From Stegostoma tigrinum (Eukaryota), in NCBI RefSeq assembly GCF_030684315.1, contig NC_081357.1:26541786-26605785 (forward strand): a DNA stretch of 64,000 nucleotides, in the 5' to 3' direction. The position numbers and the translations under genes are program-made. Under the pieces are notes generated by a model. That model saw only the letters and a list, made by a program, of their open reading frames with translations. It was not told the origin of the DNA and searched no databases. This document shows positions 38,923 to 52,540 of the stretch, in pieces (positions within the stretch are counted from its first letter, which is position 1; the number at the start of each line of letters is the position of its first letter).

Positions 38923-39098
38923 CGCCAGTATAATTTTAGCTAGCTGAATGTTGAGCTGATCTGAGCCAACATCCACCAGTCTATACAACGCTTTTAGAAG
39001 AACAGCTCTTCTTTTACACATTTTCCCCAACATGTTCCCCTCCTGCAACGCATGATAAAGGCTTGAACATGCTTTGCAGAGATGTTCTACATCGTTGC
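38923..39098 (-). CDS. ARMC2: ARMC2 exon (176 nt): (G)NDVEHLCKACSSLYHALQEGNMLGKMCKRRAVLLKALYRLVDVGSDQLNIQLAKIILA
   Basis: Acceptor ttttgttctaattag, donor GCG|gtaagt. Strong match to recalled ARMC2 'LHHALEEGNMLG...LLKTLCKLVDVGSDSLSLKLAKIILA'. Confidence 0.95.
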
Positions 39099-39399
39099 CT
39101 AATTAGAACAAAACAATTTTATTTTGCATTCATGTTCTGCAATTAGGAATGATTGGCTCTATATTTAATTCTCCTTATATTTTGAAGTCAATGTTTGCAA
39201 TTACTTAATTCCTGGAACCGATCTTTATTTTGTTAAATAGCAAACCATTCTATGTTCTAACAGCAAGAGCTATGACAGACAATGTTGGTCCAGCAGAACA
39301 CAGTGATCGAGTTACAAATGACAGTTATTTTGCCTTTAACGTATACTCTAAGCTTCCAGTCTGACATATGACATTAATAAACTGTTTATATTTTTGAAA

Positions 39400-39990
39400 A
39401 TGAGCCATTTTAAAATTAAGGCAGAGACACAGGTTCAGACAAAGAGGTGGGATTTCAGAGATTTAAAGGAAGTAGGGGAAGTGGAAAGGCAGAGGAGTTA
39501 ATTAAGATAATTGAGGTGTGGGTACTAGGCCAATAATGGGGCAAAGGCCTTGGTGTGGGCAGATTAAACAAAATACCTAAGCCAGATAAATGATTTGGAG
39601 GAGAATGGAAGTTTGTAGGAAGTGCAAGATCATGGAGGGTTTAAGTATTGAGAATTTAAAAATATTAAATTTGATACATTGGATACTGGGAGATAATGTA
39701 GCTTAGTGAAGACAAAGGTGCTGGGTGAACAGAATTTGGCATACAATAGAACAATAAAAACAGAGATCTGTATGAGTTGAAGGCAGAAAATGAGAGGCTG
39801 GCCTAAACAGCATTGGAACAATGAATGTAGAGGTATAGAAGGGGTTTTTCAGACATAGCTGGCTGAGGTAAAGGTGGAGGTGGTGGTGGAGGTTGATGAT
39901 GTAGTGAAGTTGGAAGTTAGCAATCATTGTGATGTAGAGGATATAAAGTGGAAAGCTTAGGTAGTAGCCAAATGATGCTATCATTGTGAA
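39400..39990 (-). mobile_element. old L2-like LINE fragment
   Basis: Purine-rich + strand typical of antisense L2 (gagaatttaaaaatattaaatttgatacattgg...gtcagc-like motifs). Heavily decayed. Confidence 0.45.
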
Positions 39991-42114
39991 CAAATTCAGC
40001 TAGATGTCAAGTTTTAAACTCTAATTTCAATTTAGCCTAAATGTTTGTCTTTAAAACTCAAAAGGTTTGGTTCTAACAGCATGGATTTACAAGTAATTAT
40101 TTCAAAAACTGGAAGTGAATATTTCCAACAATTGCCTGTTATAGCTAAAATAAAACTTCTTGTTCATTAGTTCATTAGTTATGGGCACAAACCATTTGAT
40201 GGGTATGAAAATTAACATTACCATTATGGTTTGCTAAATTGAAAGGCAGAAAAACTTATGAAGCAGAAAACTGAACCAATTAACATTACTCGCTCATTGT
40301 TGTTCAACAAAAAAACGAACTCTCTGGTTTTAAAAGAAGAACGCATTCCTCAAAGTGCCTACACATGGATTGTGTTAAACACCTGTGACAAAATAGCATT
40401 GTATTAACAGATACAATGAAATCCATTGTTCAAGAAATTCAAACATCCCAACTTTTTTTGGGTGGAGAAGCCACAGTTCTCAATATGCCCACACCCAGTT
40501 AGATAGAAGTGGGTAAGACATAAATTTTAAATGATTGCAGATTAAGAATCTGGACCTCCAGTGCTGCTCTTCCAATCACAATATTACCTGGGTGGTTTGT
40601 ACACATCAGGTATGCAGGCAACATTGAGAAGAATTTAATGCCCACTAGTAGGTCGGATGTGTGGAAGAAGCAGTAAATCTGATGGGACGGTGTAGGATGG
40701 GGACCTGAAATTTAAGCTGTCGACTTGCGCAGGTTAATGGGTGGTCTTCCTGTCTGGACACTCATTCAATTTTTTAGGTGAGCAATTTGATCTAGTACAG
40801 AGATCTGGATGTCCTGGGACATGTATCATAACAAACAAAATGTGGGTACAGCAAGGAAGGTATAGGAAGGTAAAGCAAGGATTAGGAGGGTAAAAAGAAT
40901 ATTATTGTTTATTGAAAGAGAATACGGTATAAAGATATCTGCTACAATTTTGCAGGACTGGGTGAGACAACATCTGAAACATTTTGTGCAGTTCCTTACT
41001 TAACAAATGATACATTTGTATTAGAAGCAGTCCAGAACAAGGTTTAAGGGGATGTCTTAGCATGTATCTTAAATGTTGGTTGTGTCAGGCAGGTTGAATT
41101 GCATTCAATGAAACACCGATTGTTATGGTGCAGAAGGACACTATTCGGCCCATTGTCCCTGCACCAATTCTATTACCAGGGGTCAATCTCATTTTCCCCC
41201 AAATCCCTGCATAGCATTTCTATTCAAAAATTCATCTAATGTTCTCTTGAATTTTTCAAGACAATCAGATAGACAGGTTAGTGGAGTTGAGTTCACACTC
41301 AGCTCAGCTATGATCTTAGAAAATAGCAGAACAGGTTCAAAGATCCAAAGTGTCTATTCCTGCACTCAATTTATGTTTGTAAATATATATGTATACTAGT
41401 AATATCTTGAAAAATGATTACCTGGACATGGAAAAGAATCCAGACTGATTTATATGGCACTGAAGGCCAGGAGGAAATATGCCACAGTATGTAAACCAAG
41501 AGATCCTCTAGAATCAGTCTCCAAAGGGAGAAGTCAATTCCTGAAGTTTAGACTAGAGAACCTGACAGCAGTACCAGAAGACGTCTAATGAGCTTATACA
41601 TAGAGTCAAAGTCAGTGAATGAATCTACACATGACATCTCATACACATCATCCTCTCATGCTGGTCAGTGTGCTGCATCCCTATCACTCAACCAGCAGCA
41701 CTCTGTAGCACTAAGGAACAGTGTTCTCTTTGAGCTATGCAGACACACAGCAAGCAGTAATCTGGAAGATAGTGTGCAGGAAACAACAGGCCATCCATAA
41801 CCCAACATTCCCTTTAAGATATGTACAAACAGCAATCTTAAAAGGGCTATTAAATGCAATAACCAATCTGCACACAGCATAAAGAAATGTGAGGAAACAT
41901 TAGCTTGTTTGGTGCATATCCAAGTCTCCTCTTTCATTTTCCCAATGCTCCCACTTTCCAGTTTGGTGCCAATATTATTGCACTGCTATTACACAGGAAC
42001 AGGAAGTACAAGAGATGTTACATCTAAAAGTAGATTTTATGTAAAACAGAATGAAGGTAGCTTGCAATGACCATCAATAGAAAATCTTACAAATTAAAAA
42101 ATAAAACTACCCAC

Positions 42115-42222
42115 CATTTTTTAAAGACTTAATTTTATCAAGAAGAGGCTGGATCTTTGTATTCCAGTACAGAATTTCTTCCTCAGTTTCATCTTCATAT
42201 GTCCTTGATTCACCATTTGATT
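42115..42222 (-). CDS. ARMC2: ARMC2 exon (108 nt, phase 1-1): (E)SNGESRTYEDETEEEILYWNTKIQPLLDKIKSLKN(G)
   Basis: Acceptor ttattctttcag, donor G|gtgggt. Acidic run plus YWNTKIQPLL resembles recalled ARMC2 'EVFWNTRIVPIL'. In phase with the next exon. Confidence 0.9.
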
Positions 42223-42399
42223 CTGAAAGAATAACCCAAAAATATACAAATGAGTAGATTTATCTGGCTTAGATTAATTTCCTGAGATAGGAGTTATCTC
42301 TTTATTTGTTAACTGAAGGGGTGTGTATTTAAGGGTGATTAATCTGCCATCCCCACCAGCAAGAAAATCTGCCAGATCATCAATGGAAAAATTTAGATA

Positions 42400-42770
42400 T
42401 GCTGCTCATCTCCAATTACTCTTAAGAAGGTAATGGTGAGGCAACTTTTGAGTTGCTGCAGTCTTTGCTCTAACTGAGAGGCTTCCTAACGGGCAGTTGC
42501 TTTTCAGAAGGCTGCGGTTCTGATGCAACTTGTAGGTCAGACTGGGACAGAGCGACAGGTTTCTATCTCTAAAAGATTTAGTGCTAGCCTTTTATACCAA
42601 TCAATGTTAGTTCATAGCTGTCATCGCCAAGACTAGCTTTTATTTCCAGATTTATTAATTAATTGAACTTAAATTCTTCCAGCTGCTATGTGGGATTTGA
42701 ACCCATACCCCACAGCAGTAGCCTTGGCCAATAATGTCCATTAACATTACCATTCCCCCACTGTCTCCTG
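42400..42770 (-). mobile_element. tRNA-derived SINE, antisense, degraded
   Basis: ttccagatttattaattaattgaacttaaattc...gggatttgaacccat...cattaccattcc is the reverse complement of the SINE head. Confidence 0.65.
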
Positions 42771-42789
42771 GTTGACTATCTCTTCATGG

Positions 42790-43145
42790 GGATGAGATGG
42801 CCTAGTGGTATTATCATTGGACTGTTAATCCAGAGACCCAGGTTAGGTTCTGGGGTCCGAGGTTTGAATTCTGTCATGGCAGATGGTGGAATTTGAATTT
42901 AATTTTTTAAAAATCTGGAATTAAGAGTCTAATGATGACCATGAATCCATTGTCGATTGTTGGGAAAAACCCATCTGGTTCACTAATGTCCTTTTAGGAA
43001 GTAAAGTTGCATTCTTACCTGGTCTGATCTACATGTGATTCCAGACTCACAGCAATGTTGTTGACTTTTAACTGCCCTCTGGGCAATTAGGGATGGACAA
43101 TAAATGCTGCATAGCCAGCAACACACTTGTCCCGTGAATGAACAA
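42790..43145 (+). mobile_element. full-length tRNA-derived SINE sharing its 3' tail with LINE family B
   Basis: gatggcctagtggtattatc (A box), ggtttgaattc (B box), tail gggcaattagggatggacaataaatgctg...cccgtgaatgaacaaag. Confidence 0.85.
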
Positions 43146-43531
43146 AGAATCACGGTCATTATTCACAAGCATTGCTCGTCCAATATTGAGGCTGGAGTTG
43201 CAATTTAACCTAGAGGGATGGACGGGGCTGTGAAAAGCATTATGTTAAAGTCTGATTTGAACCATACCTGAGGAGCTCGTATGGACTTTAGGCATGAATG
43301 ACCTCCAAAACAGTACAATCACGGCAGGCAGGCCCCCATGTTGATTTTCTCTTCTATAAAATGCACCACGTTGTTGTCTTGCTACTTACTGGCACTCTGA
43401 CTAATATCCATTTTGGAGCACAGACTGTTTGCTAAACTTGCAATCTTTCTTATCAGTATGGTTCACCTACTCACTAGATCAAATTGTTCAGTTGTCAGAG
43501 TTGCCCTTAATCATGCAAGTCAATGGTAATA

Positions 43532-44661
43532 TGGTCAGAATCTTCCCAACCGCTGAATGACATGGGAATGGCGAGTCAGTTGGGAAAATATAGTGAAAAA
43601 GGAAAAATTAGATGCTCAACTGAGAAGTAAAAGTCTGCTTTTAAGGTTTTAATGACAGGGCAAGAATCTTGATAAAGCAGTCTTTTGTATGTTTGATCAT
43701 ATCTTTATTACCTAATCATACTTCAGTTAAATGAGATTTGCTGGCTTTCCACTTGGCAGAGAGAAACTAAATATCTACATGAAATTCCCAAGATGACAAT
43801 TGCGGTGGTATATAGCAGCTCCAGCTCATTAATTGTTCATCTGGGTCTCCACCTTGGCTTTCCCTAACCTCTCCAGGTATGCTCCAGTCAGGGATCTGGT
43901 CACTCATTGGTTTGATTGTCAAAGTTGGTTGGGGGCTGGCCACGATTAGACTGGGAGTCTGTTCAGTGAAAGTCAAGGCACGTTATCAGGGGCCACTGCA
44001 ATGGTAGGCAAGTTCGGAATGTCAATTGTAAGAATTGGAGGCAGCATGCCGGGATGCAGCAGAAACTGTAATTGTGGCGTTGGTTCATCTCATAGGGGTG
44101 GGAAATGATATTGCATTATAGGACATAGATTACTGTTGGAGGCAGGATCATCAGGTGTTGCCACCAACCTGGCATCAATGGGGATCAGAAACAGACAATG
44201 GCTGGCATGACTAAGCCATCAGCCCACGGTCAAGAGGGTAGTGTTGAAAGATGAAGACTGGGTGGGAATGTGTGGAAATTCCAAATTTATGGGTCAATAG
44301 GGAGTGCAAGGAAGAAAGGAACATGAAGGTTTGGAATGGTCACCGAGATTAACAAGCTGAGTCTGCAGTACAGTTTGCAGAGTGTATGACCTGTGTTGTC
44401 TTCCACCCTAAGTGAATGACAAATGCACAATGGAAATTTTAAATGGCTGTCACCACATAGAGTGGGCACACTCAGGTTTCTTCCTGTCTGCGGATGTGGA
44501 CTCTTGAAAGTGATGTGAGATCCTTCAATGGGCAAATCCATCAATCAGTCACGTACAAAGTACTGGTTTAAGACATCTGTAACCACAGAATTCCGCATTT
44601 GAAGCACATGCAGTGACCAACTTTGTCAAAAATAAATCCAGGCTCAAGAAATCTTGACCAT
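43532..44661. mobile_element. possible non-autonomous Harbinger-like DNA transposon
   Basis: Imperfect terminal inverted repeats tggtcagaatcttc and gaaatcttgacca. No coding remnant recognised. Confidence 0.35.
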
Positions 44662-45977
44662 GATATTAGTCATTAGAAATTGATCACAGTCATCTCTGTG
44701 AGACCAAAGTAATTGCATGCAACCTTAGAAGTGCTTTTTGTGAGCCACAATTCACAAACACAATCCAAGTCGCATAGGATGCACAAGACTACACAGCTGA
44801 TTTCCTCTCACCTTGAAATGTAAGCTTTGCCAACATACTGTTATATAAAATACTGCTGTAATAGATGAAGAGGAAGATGGAGCAACAAAATTTCAGTAAT
44901 CTTACCACGTATTCCTTCTCCCACTGTATTTTTTGTGAAATGGCTTTATTGCATACATCATAATGAAAACTACTACGTCAAAGGTCCATGTTGAGACATT
45001 CCAAGGCACTCCTTCTCAAAACTGCTCCATATCCCATTGTACCAAGAACTTTGACAAATTATTATTGGTATATGATGCAAATTCTGACTGATCATGTTAC
45101 AAAGCACCTAGTCTGTTTCTGATATTCCTCCCATAGGTTCATTGAAATCATAACCAATGGACCCAGCCACAGCAGGGGTTAGTATTGCTGTGGCCAGGGT
45201 GCAAACAAGATGCAGAGAAATTGAGGAGGAACAAAACTGTCAGCAAGCCTGGAGTAGGAGCAAGCTCCAATGGCTGCCAAAACGCCTGTATATGAAGAAT
45301 TTGCAAGTTGAAGAGCTTGGAGAGTGGCAGCAGCTTTCTGAGGAGGAAGGTGAAGACATTCAGCAGGAAGAATATCACCTTTACCATGATACCTACTTAA
45401 ATGGATGCGATGGGTGAAGTGATTTTAATTAATAGCAAATTTCTTACTCCAAATGCAAGCAGCCCTTGTTGATTCACTGAAGCAAATGTAAGTTTTATTG
45501 TCAATGTTTTCTTCACTTTTCTTGTTGCTTAATAAAAGGCAATGTTTTCAACTGTTTGAAAGATTTCCAACATGTGATGCGCCACTTTGAACAGTGACAA
45601 ACTGTGGTGCTACACAGGGCTTTAGGGAAAGAATAGCACTTCTCAGACAGGGTTCTAACACAGCATGCTGGCATGACCAGTGGCCTGGGTTGGTTCATTT
45701 CTTGTGGTTTCAGTTGTTATTCCAGTTGATCATTCAGGTAAAGTAGCCATATATTTGTGAATGTGAGATTCTATTTGCAATGAAGTATTACTACGTGTCT
45801 TCAGGACTTTTCATTTTCATTTACTTCCCATGACACGTACTGTGAAGGACTATCAGTGGTTGGCAGTATTTGATCTGATGTGCAGCTGGGCTTAAAAGTG
45901 GAACCAGTGACAGGAATTCTGGAAGGTCCTGGCAATGGTGAGTACAGCGGCTGCTGGAAAGCACAAGACAGCTCGAG

Positions 45978-46890
45978 AGATGACACTAAGATTGGTGGAG
46001 TAGCAGATAGTGAAGGGGACCATCAGAAATTACAGCAGAATATGGATAGACTGGAGAGTTGGGCAGATAAATGGCAGATGGAGTTCAATCTGGGCAAATG
46101 CAAGGTGGTGCATTTTGGAAGATCTAATTCAAGGGCGAACTATACAGTAAATGGAAAAGTCCTAGGGAAAATTGATGAACAATGAGATCTGGGTGTTCAG
46201 GTCCATTGTTCCCTGAAGGTGGCAATGCAGGTCAATAGGGTGGTCAAGAAGGTATACGGCATGCTTTCCTTCATTGGACGGGGTATTGAGTACAAGAGTT
46301 GGCAGGTCATGTTACAGTTGTGTAAGACTTTGGTTCGGCCACAGTTAGAGTACTGTGTACAGTTCTGGTCACTACATTACCAAAAGGATGTGGGTGCTTT
46401 GGAGAGGGTGCAGAGGAGGTTCACCAGGATGTTGCCTGGTATGGAGGGTGCTAGCTATGAAGAGAGGTTGAGTAGATTAGGATTATTTTCATTAGAAAGA
46501 CGGAGATTGAGGGGGGCCTGATTGAGGTTTACAAAATCATGAGGGGTATAGACAGGATGGATAGCAAGAAGCTTTCTCCCAGAGTCGGGGACTCAATTAC
46601 TAGGGGTAATGAGTTCAAAGTGAGAGGAGGAAAGTTTAAGTGAGATATGTGTGGAAAGTTCTTTAAGCAGAATGTGGTGGGTGCCTGGAACGTGTTGCCA
46701 GCGGAGGTGGTAGACACAGACACGTTAGAGTCTTGTAAGATATATCTGGACAGGTACATGGATGGGCAGGGAGCAAATGGACACAGACCCTTAGAAAATA
46801 GATGACAGGTTAGACAGAGGATCTCGATCGGCGCAGGCTTGGAGGGCTGAAGGGCCTGTTCCTGTGCTGTAATCTTCTTTGTTCTTTGTT
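45978..46890 (+). mobile_element. relatively young CR1 (HER1-type) LINE, RT C-terminus to (ttctttg)n tail
   Basis: DDTKIGG...WQMEFNLGKCKVVHFG and [14 protein letters not shown]...LERVQRRFTRMLPG. Confidence 0.92.
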
Positions 46891-48359
46891 GTTCTAGTTG
46901 CATTATAGATGTGTGGTGCTTCATCATGAGAGATAATTCACAAGAGCTCACATAGGGAAACTGTCCATGAGGCTCCCAAAAATTGACATTTAACTGATTG
47001 TCGGTAAAATTCAACCCATTGAGTTACCTGTTTGCCATGCTATGTAAACCTGAATAACTCTCAGTTACTTATGGATTGACAGTAGGATTGTAATTTTGAC
47101 AATTACAAAAATTCTTGTGGCAAGACATGACTGCTGATGATTAATAGCACCTCTCAAGAAGACAAACAATTGATTATCTCTGAAACAATTGGCTAATTGG
47201 TCTCCTAGATTTCAAATCCTACCACTAAATATAGGTATTAGGAACTGCCGATGTGGAGAATCTGAGATAACACGGTGTGAAGCTGGATGGACACAGCTTC
47301 AGACTTTTGCCCACTCACTTAGACTATCTCTATCCCCCTGCAGACTTTCAGTGTCTTCTGCACACTTTGCTCTAGCACTCATCTTAGTGTCATCTACAAA
47401 TTTTGACACACTGCACTTAGTCCCCAACTCCAAATCATTTATGTAAGGTAGGGGTGTAGGTTAGATAATCCTTAGGATTAGCGTAAAAGTTCAGCACAAT
47501 ATCATTGGCCGAAGGGCCTGTATTGTGCCACAATGTTCTATGTTCTATTACTGGATTGTGATTCGGGGTGAGGATTCTCAAATCCCTCTTTTTGTGGCAT
47601 TCTGCAGCTTTTTCTGTTCAAATAGTATTGAACTACTCCATACTTCTAGCAGAAGTATATAAACTCACATTTTTCCATATTATTCCATAATTCTTGCATA
47701 TTTTGTGATTTTATCTGCAGTTTTGCTCTTCCAACTCTCCAGTTATTTGAATTCCTTTAGAATGATCAGATCTTTCTTGCTTCTGTATTCACTACAATTC
47801 ACTACATTGACCTTGATCCCTGAATGATATCTCCTGTCCCCATAATGTCTTTTCTAATCACTCCAGCCATGCTACCTCCTTTGCCCTCGCTCATCTTTTC
47901 TGAACACTTTGTATCTGTGAATAATAAATGCCTAGTTTTCAAATTTTAGCAATATTTTGATTATTGCCATTACATCATTTTCCCACATGGCTAGTGTGCT
48001 TATAGTTCACCAAAATAATTCACAACACTTTGTGTACTTATATAGGTGCATTCTAAAACCTGTCTTAGCAATCCTCATAGTCCTTCTTGGTCTAGTCCTA
48101 TCCAAAATAGTACTACATCCTTTTTCAGTACTATTCTGCCGTCTCACCTTTGCTCATTTTCTCTCAATCTCATTTCTATATACTGGTTTCTACCCCATGC
48201 CAATTTAGTTTAAACAATTGTCAACAATATTAGTGAACTTCCTTATGAGGTCAAAAATATCTTTTTAAAATAGAACTATCATTATTTGCCTCTGTGAAAT
48301 GGGACAAATTCATTTTTTATGTTTTTTTAAATCTTCCTTTCCTAGAATAATCATCTATT

Positions 48360-49550
48360 AAAACCATAAGAAATAGGAACAGGAGTACACCATTTGGCCC
48401 CTCAAGCCAGCTCTGCTATTCAATGGGATCATGCCTAATCCGACACTCCTCACATCCATTTTCTTGTCCTTTCCCCATAACCCTTAACTTCCCCTACTGA
48501 TCAAGAATCTATCTCTCTGCCTTAAATATACAGAGGGACTCTGCCCCCACATCTGTTTGTGACGAAGAGTCCAAAGATGCACAACTCTCAGAGAAGAAAT
48601 TCTTCCTAATCTTAGATTTAAATTGGTGCCCCTTAATTCTGCTCTTCTATTCTTAGAGTCTTGCATGAGAGGAAATATTCTCTCATATTTATCATGTCAA
48701 GCCCATAAGAACCCCATATGTTTCAACAAGATTACTTCTCATCCTTCCAAATCCCAACCAGTTTAACCTTTGCTCATAAGACAATCCTTCCGAACTGGTG
48801 ATCATCCTAGTGAACATTCTGTGAACTGCCTCTAATGAAACAACAAATTTTTTAGATAAGGTGACCAAAACTGCTCACAGTACTCCAAATGTTGTCTCAC
48901 CAACACCTTGTGTAGTTGCAGTCAAACTTCCCTGCACTTGTACTCCAACTTCCATGAAATAAGGGCTACCATTCTATTCATCTTCCTGATTAACTACTGC
49001 GCCTGTGTGCATGCTTTTCCTGTTTCGTGCACAAGTATCCCAACTTCCCTTGCATTGCAGTTTCTGCGTTGTTTTTTCCATTTAAGTAATATGCTTCTTT
49101 TACTCTCCGTTCCAAAATGAACATTTCCCATGTAATACTCCATTTGCCAACTTTTTGCACACTTAGCTAGCCTATTAGTGTATCCTTGTAAACTATTTGC
49201 ATCTGTACCCATAACCGGCCTTTCCATCTATTTTTGTGTCATCTGTGAATTTAGCTACAGTAGGATTCACTTCCTTTCTTCAAGTCTTTAACATAAATTA
49301 TAAATAGTTGCAGTCCCAGCACTGTAACTTTGGAACTACACTAAGGTCACAGATCACCTATCTAAAAAAGAACTCCTTATCCCCACCCGCCATTTGCTGT
49401 CCATTAGTCAATTCTCTAGAGATGCCAATATATACCTCCAACACTGTGGGATCTTATCTTATAAAGTACTTTGTTGAATGCCTTCTGGAAATCCAAATAC
49501 AACACAGTTACTTGTTCTCCTCCAGCCACTCCAGTTGAGACCTTCTCAAA
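48360..49550 (-). mobile_element. CR1 LINE, RT to 3' end
   Basis: ccataagaaataggaacaggag tail, tttgtgtcatctgtgaatttagc (KF.DDTK), ORF 48994..49227. Confidence 0.85.
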
Positions 49551-50283
49551 AGATTCTTGTTTAGTTATTACAGTTAGTCTGAATCCTGTATCTCACATTC
49601 AGAAAGACATTACTTACTGGGCGTAAGCAAATCTTATACATTTTAAGCAATTTCTTCCTTCAGTCACAATTCTTCACACAACTATTCATATACATTGTTC
49701 TTTTCATTTCACTTAACAGTTTTATTTTTTACTACGCATAATCTACACCTACTCCTCCACCCTTAAACTAAAATATACGAAACATTAATGTGCATTTGTT
49801 TCTGAAAAAAATACTCTTTTTATTCACTTGTGGGATACAGGTGTCACTGGCTGAGCCAGCATTTATTGACTGTCCCTAATTGCCATGCAGAAAGTGGTGG
49901 TGAGCTGTCTTCTTGAACTGAGGCAGTCCATGTCAAAACAATCCTTATTAAAGCAGTTGTGTTTTCTAGAGAGTGGCACTTATTAGTTGTTTTTTTTATT
50001 TGTTCATGGGATGAGGGCAACCTTTGTTGCCCATCCCCGACTGCCCCTTATAAGCCGGTGACATCTGCCTTCTTGAATTGCCGCAGTCTTTGGGGTGTAG
50101 GTACAGCAACAGTGTTTTTAGGAAGAGAGTTCTAGGAACTTGATCATAAAGCAATGAAGAAACAGCAATATAGTTCAAAGAGAGGCAGTTCTAAGTTGGG
50201 ATGATGTGTGGATGAGAGGGGAACTTACAAGAGGTGGTGTTTTCATGCATTAGCTGCCCTTGTACTTCCACGATATGGAGGTG

Positions 50284-51068
50284 CCAGTGTTGGACTGGGG
50301 TGGACGAAGTCAGAAATCACACGATGCCAGGCTATAGTCCAACAGGTTAATTTGAAAACAGAGGCTTTAGGAGCCTCAGTCCTTCTTCAGTGTTAGTGAG
50401 AGGTAGTATCAGTCACAGACTTTCTATGTAAAGGGTCAAAAGTTCACACATTGATACGGATGTACAAAATAAACCTAAGATACTGTTAAATTTTTAATAA
50501 GTTGGAAGGTTTTAATTCATTAATATGTATACGTGCGTGTCAATGTATCTGTAAATCACCCTCTCTCTCTCTCTCTCTCTCATATACATGCAGATACATT
50601 TTACTTTGCTCAAAAAGCACACAATTTATAGACATTCAGTCAGTCAATATGGTATTTTATAAATTCCTACTTTAGAAATAAACCAGTCTGACTCCAGGTC
50701 AAAACACATACGGATTCTAAACAAGGTCTCACGCTAATATGCGTTGTCCGACCTAAAATGACACCTCTTCTTTGCACTGATAAAACCTTCAGTTCTCTCA
50801 GGACCATGACTTGAAAGAAATTTGAGGATTTGCATACACATTTTAATGAATTAAAACCTTCTAACTGATGAAAGATTTAACAGCGTGTTAGGCTTAGTTT
50901 GTACATCCGCATCAACAGTGTGAACCTTTGATTATTTTATGAATAAGTTCTGCATCTAATATTACATCTCTCACCAACACCTGAAGGAGGACTGGGGCTC
51001 CAAAAGGATGTGTTTTCAAATAAACCTGTTGGGCTATAACCTGGCGTTGTGTGATTTCTGACCTTGTA
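50284..51068. mobile_element. second-family PLE with inverted terminal arms of about 230 bp, inserted in a LINE-B 3' end
   Basis: Arm 50306-50530 is reverse-complementary to 50835-51065. Internal (CT)n at 50561-50581. Degenerate flank duplication ccttgtactt...ggaggt. Confidence 0.75.
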
Positions 51069-52379
51069 CTTTCAGGTGGTGGAGGTTGTGGATTTTGAAG
51101 ATGCCATCAGAATAAATAACAAATAGACAACTTATATCTACACACAAAATAGTAGCCACAGATGTAATTTGGCTGAATATCATTTAACAATATCTGTACA
51201 TTTACAAAACAAAATAATGTACTTTAACATTGCAAAATAATGTACACAGTTGAAGAAATAATATGGCAGAAAGATAAACATTAAATTTAAATGGCATTTA
51301 AAAGCACAAACCACTGCTTGATTATACACTGATGTATATTGATGGTTACAACTTGTTCAGGAAACACTGAGTCAGTAAGCAGGTCCATTTGATTGGCTGC
51401 TTTTTTTGGTAAATCATTTCTGCAGCCTTAGCAACAATAACAATTCAAGCTGAACACAGAACCTTTTACATATCTTTGGACCATATATTCAAACATATTA
51501 TTCTGATATATTAGACTGGAATTTATTAAAGCAGGAAACCAACGGTTACAAAATGTTTTACATATTAACATTTCAAAAATTATTTATTTAAATTTAAATA
51601 TATATTTAAAATCCCCTTTTGGAAGGAATTTCAATAAATTATCAAAATTACCAAAGGTTGTGTGTTTTATTGCATTTAAGATTAAAACTATGACAATCTC
51701 AGGAGTTTTACAATTAGCCCTCATCATATTGATTTTGTTTATGAGAAAGCTGAATGGAGGGATCTCCATTAAACACGTATGGGTTCTTTGTTTGCAGCTA
51801 TTTTTATAAATTTCACAATAAAACATGCAAGCTGTAAGAAGTGGAAAAAAATCCTTTAATAGAATCAAATAAACGTATTCCAAGTAATTCAGATTAGTCT
51901 TAAAACTTTTAAACTCCTTTGATGTGATTTTGTTATCTTTCGGACTGCTGACTTAAATTAGCACTGTTTTTTGTCATGCTTTAGCCTTTTAATCTATTAC
52001 CCATTAACCACAATATTTAAAAATATCATGCTGGGTTTTTCTATTTTGGAGTTAAAATATAGCAATGGGTGTCTTATATGGTGTCACATTCGCTATGGCT
52101 CACAGCAAGCGTTCTTGTGCAATCATGTGCACTTCAGCTCGTTTCATGTGCAAGCAAGTTCCAAGGTGACTTAAACAATGAATCATATGCAGATAAGAAG
52201 CAGACATTCTTGCTTCCACTGGCACCTTCCAGGGCAAAGATTATGGTGCCATATTTAGAGGCCACCTGGTCAATGTTTCACTTGCTGCAAGCAAGGAAAT
52301 CAACAGCAGGCAATGGTTATCAATCCCATCCAAACTCCAACACAATGCCCTCCCACATCTGCCACCCAGCAATGCCACA

Positions 52380-52540
52380 GACAAGCACCAAAAAGGTAGG
52401 TCCCTACTTCATCAATGTCTCACAGAACACTTTTTTCCAGGCTATCCCAGCAAAAGATGCACTCCTATCAGGCCTGGGCACTGGGTCACAAGGTCACACA
52501 TGAGCTGTCACCAGTGCACAAAGTGGACGATTGAACTCTT
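52380..52540 (+). pseudogene. possible Harbinger Myb/SANT N-terminal relic
   Basis: KKVGPYFINVSQNTFFQAIPAKDALL loosely resembles the 'APRFSD..LE.LL.AV' start of these proteins. Confidence 0.3.

Noticed and set aside
42795-42875. tRNA gene
   Set aside because: A/B boxes continue into a SINE body and LINE-like tail, and no cloverleaf is evident. The same applies at 26789 and 53609.
45157-45417. 86-aa acidic ORF (MDPATAGVS...)
   Set aside because: Possibly a Harbinger transposase N-terminal remnant, but there is no diagnostic motif, so it cannot be supported.
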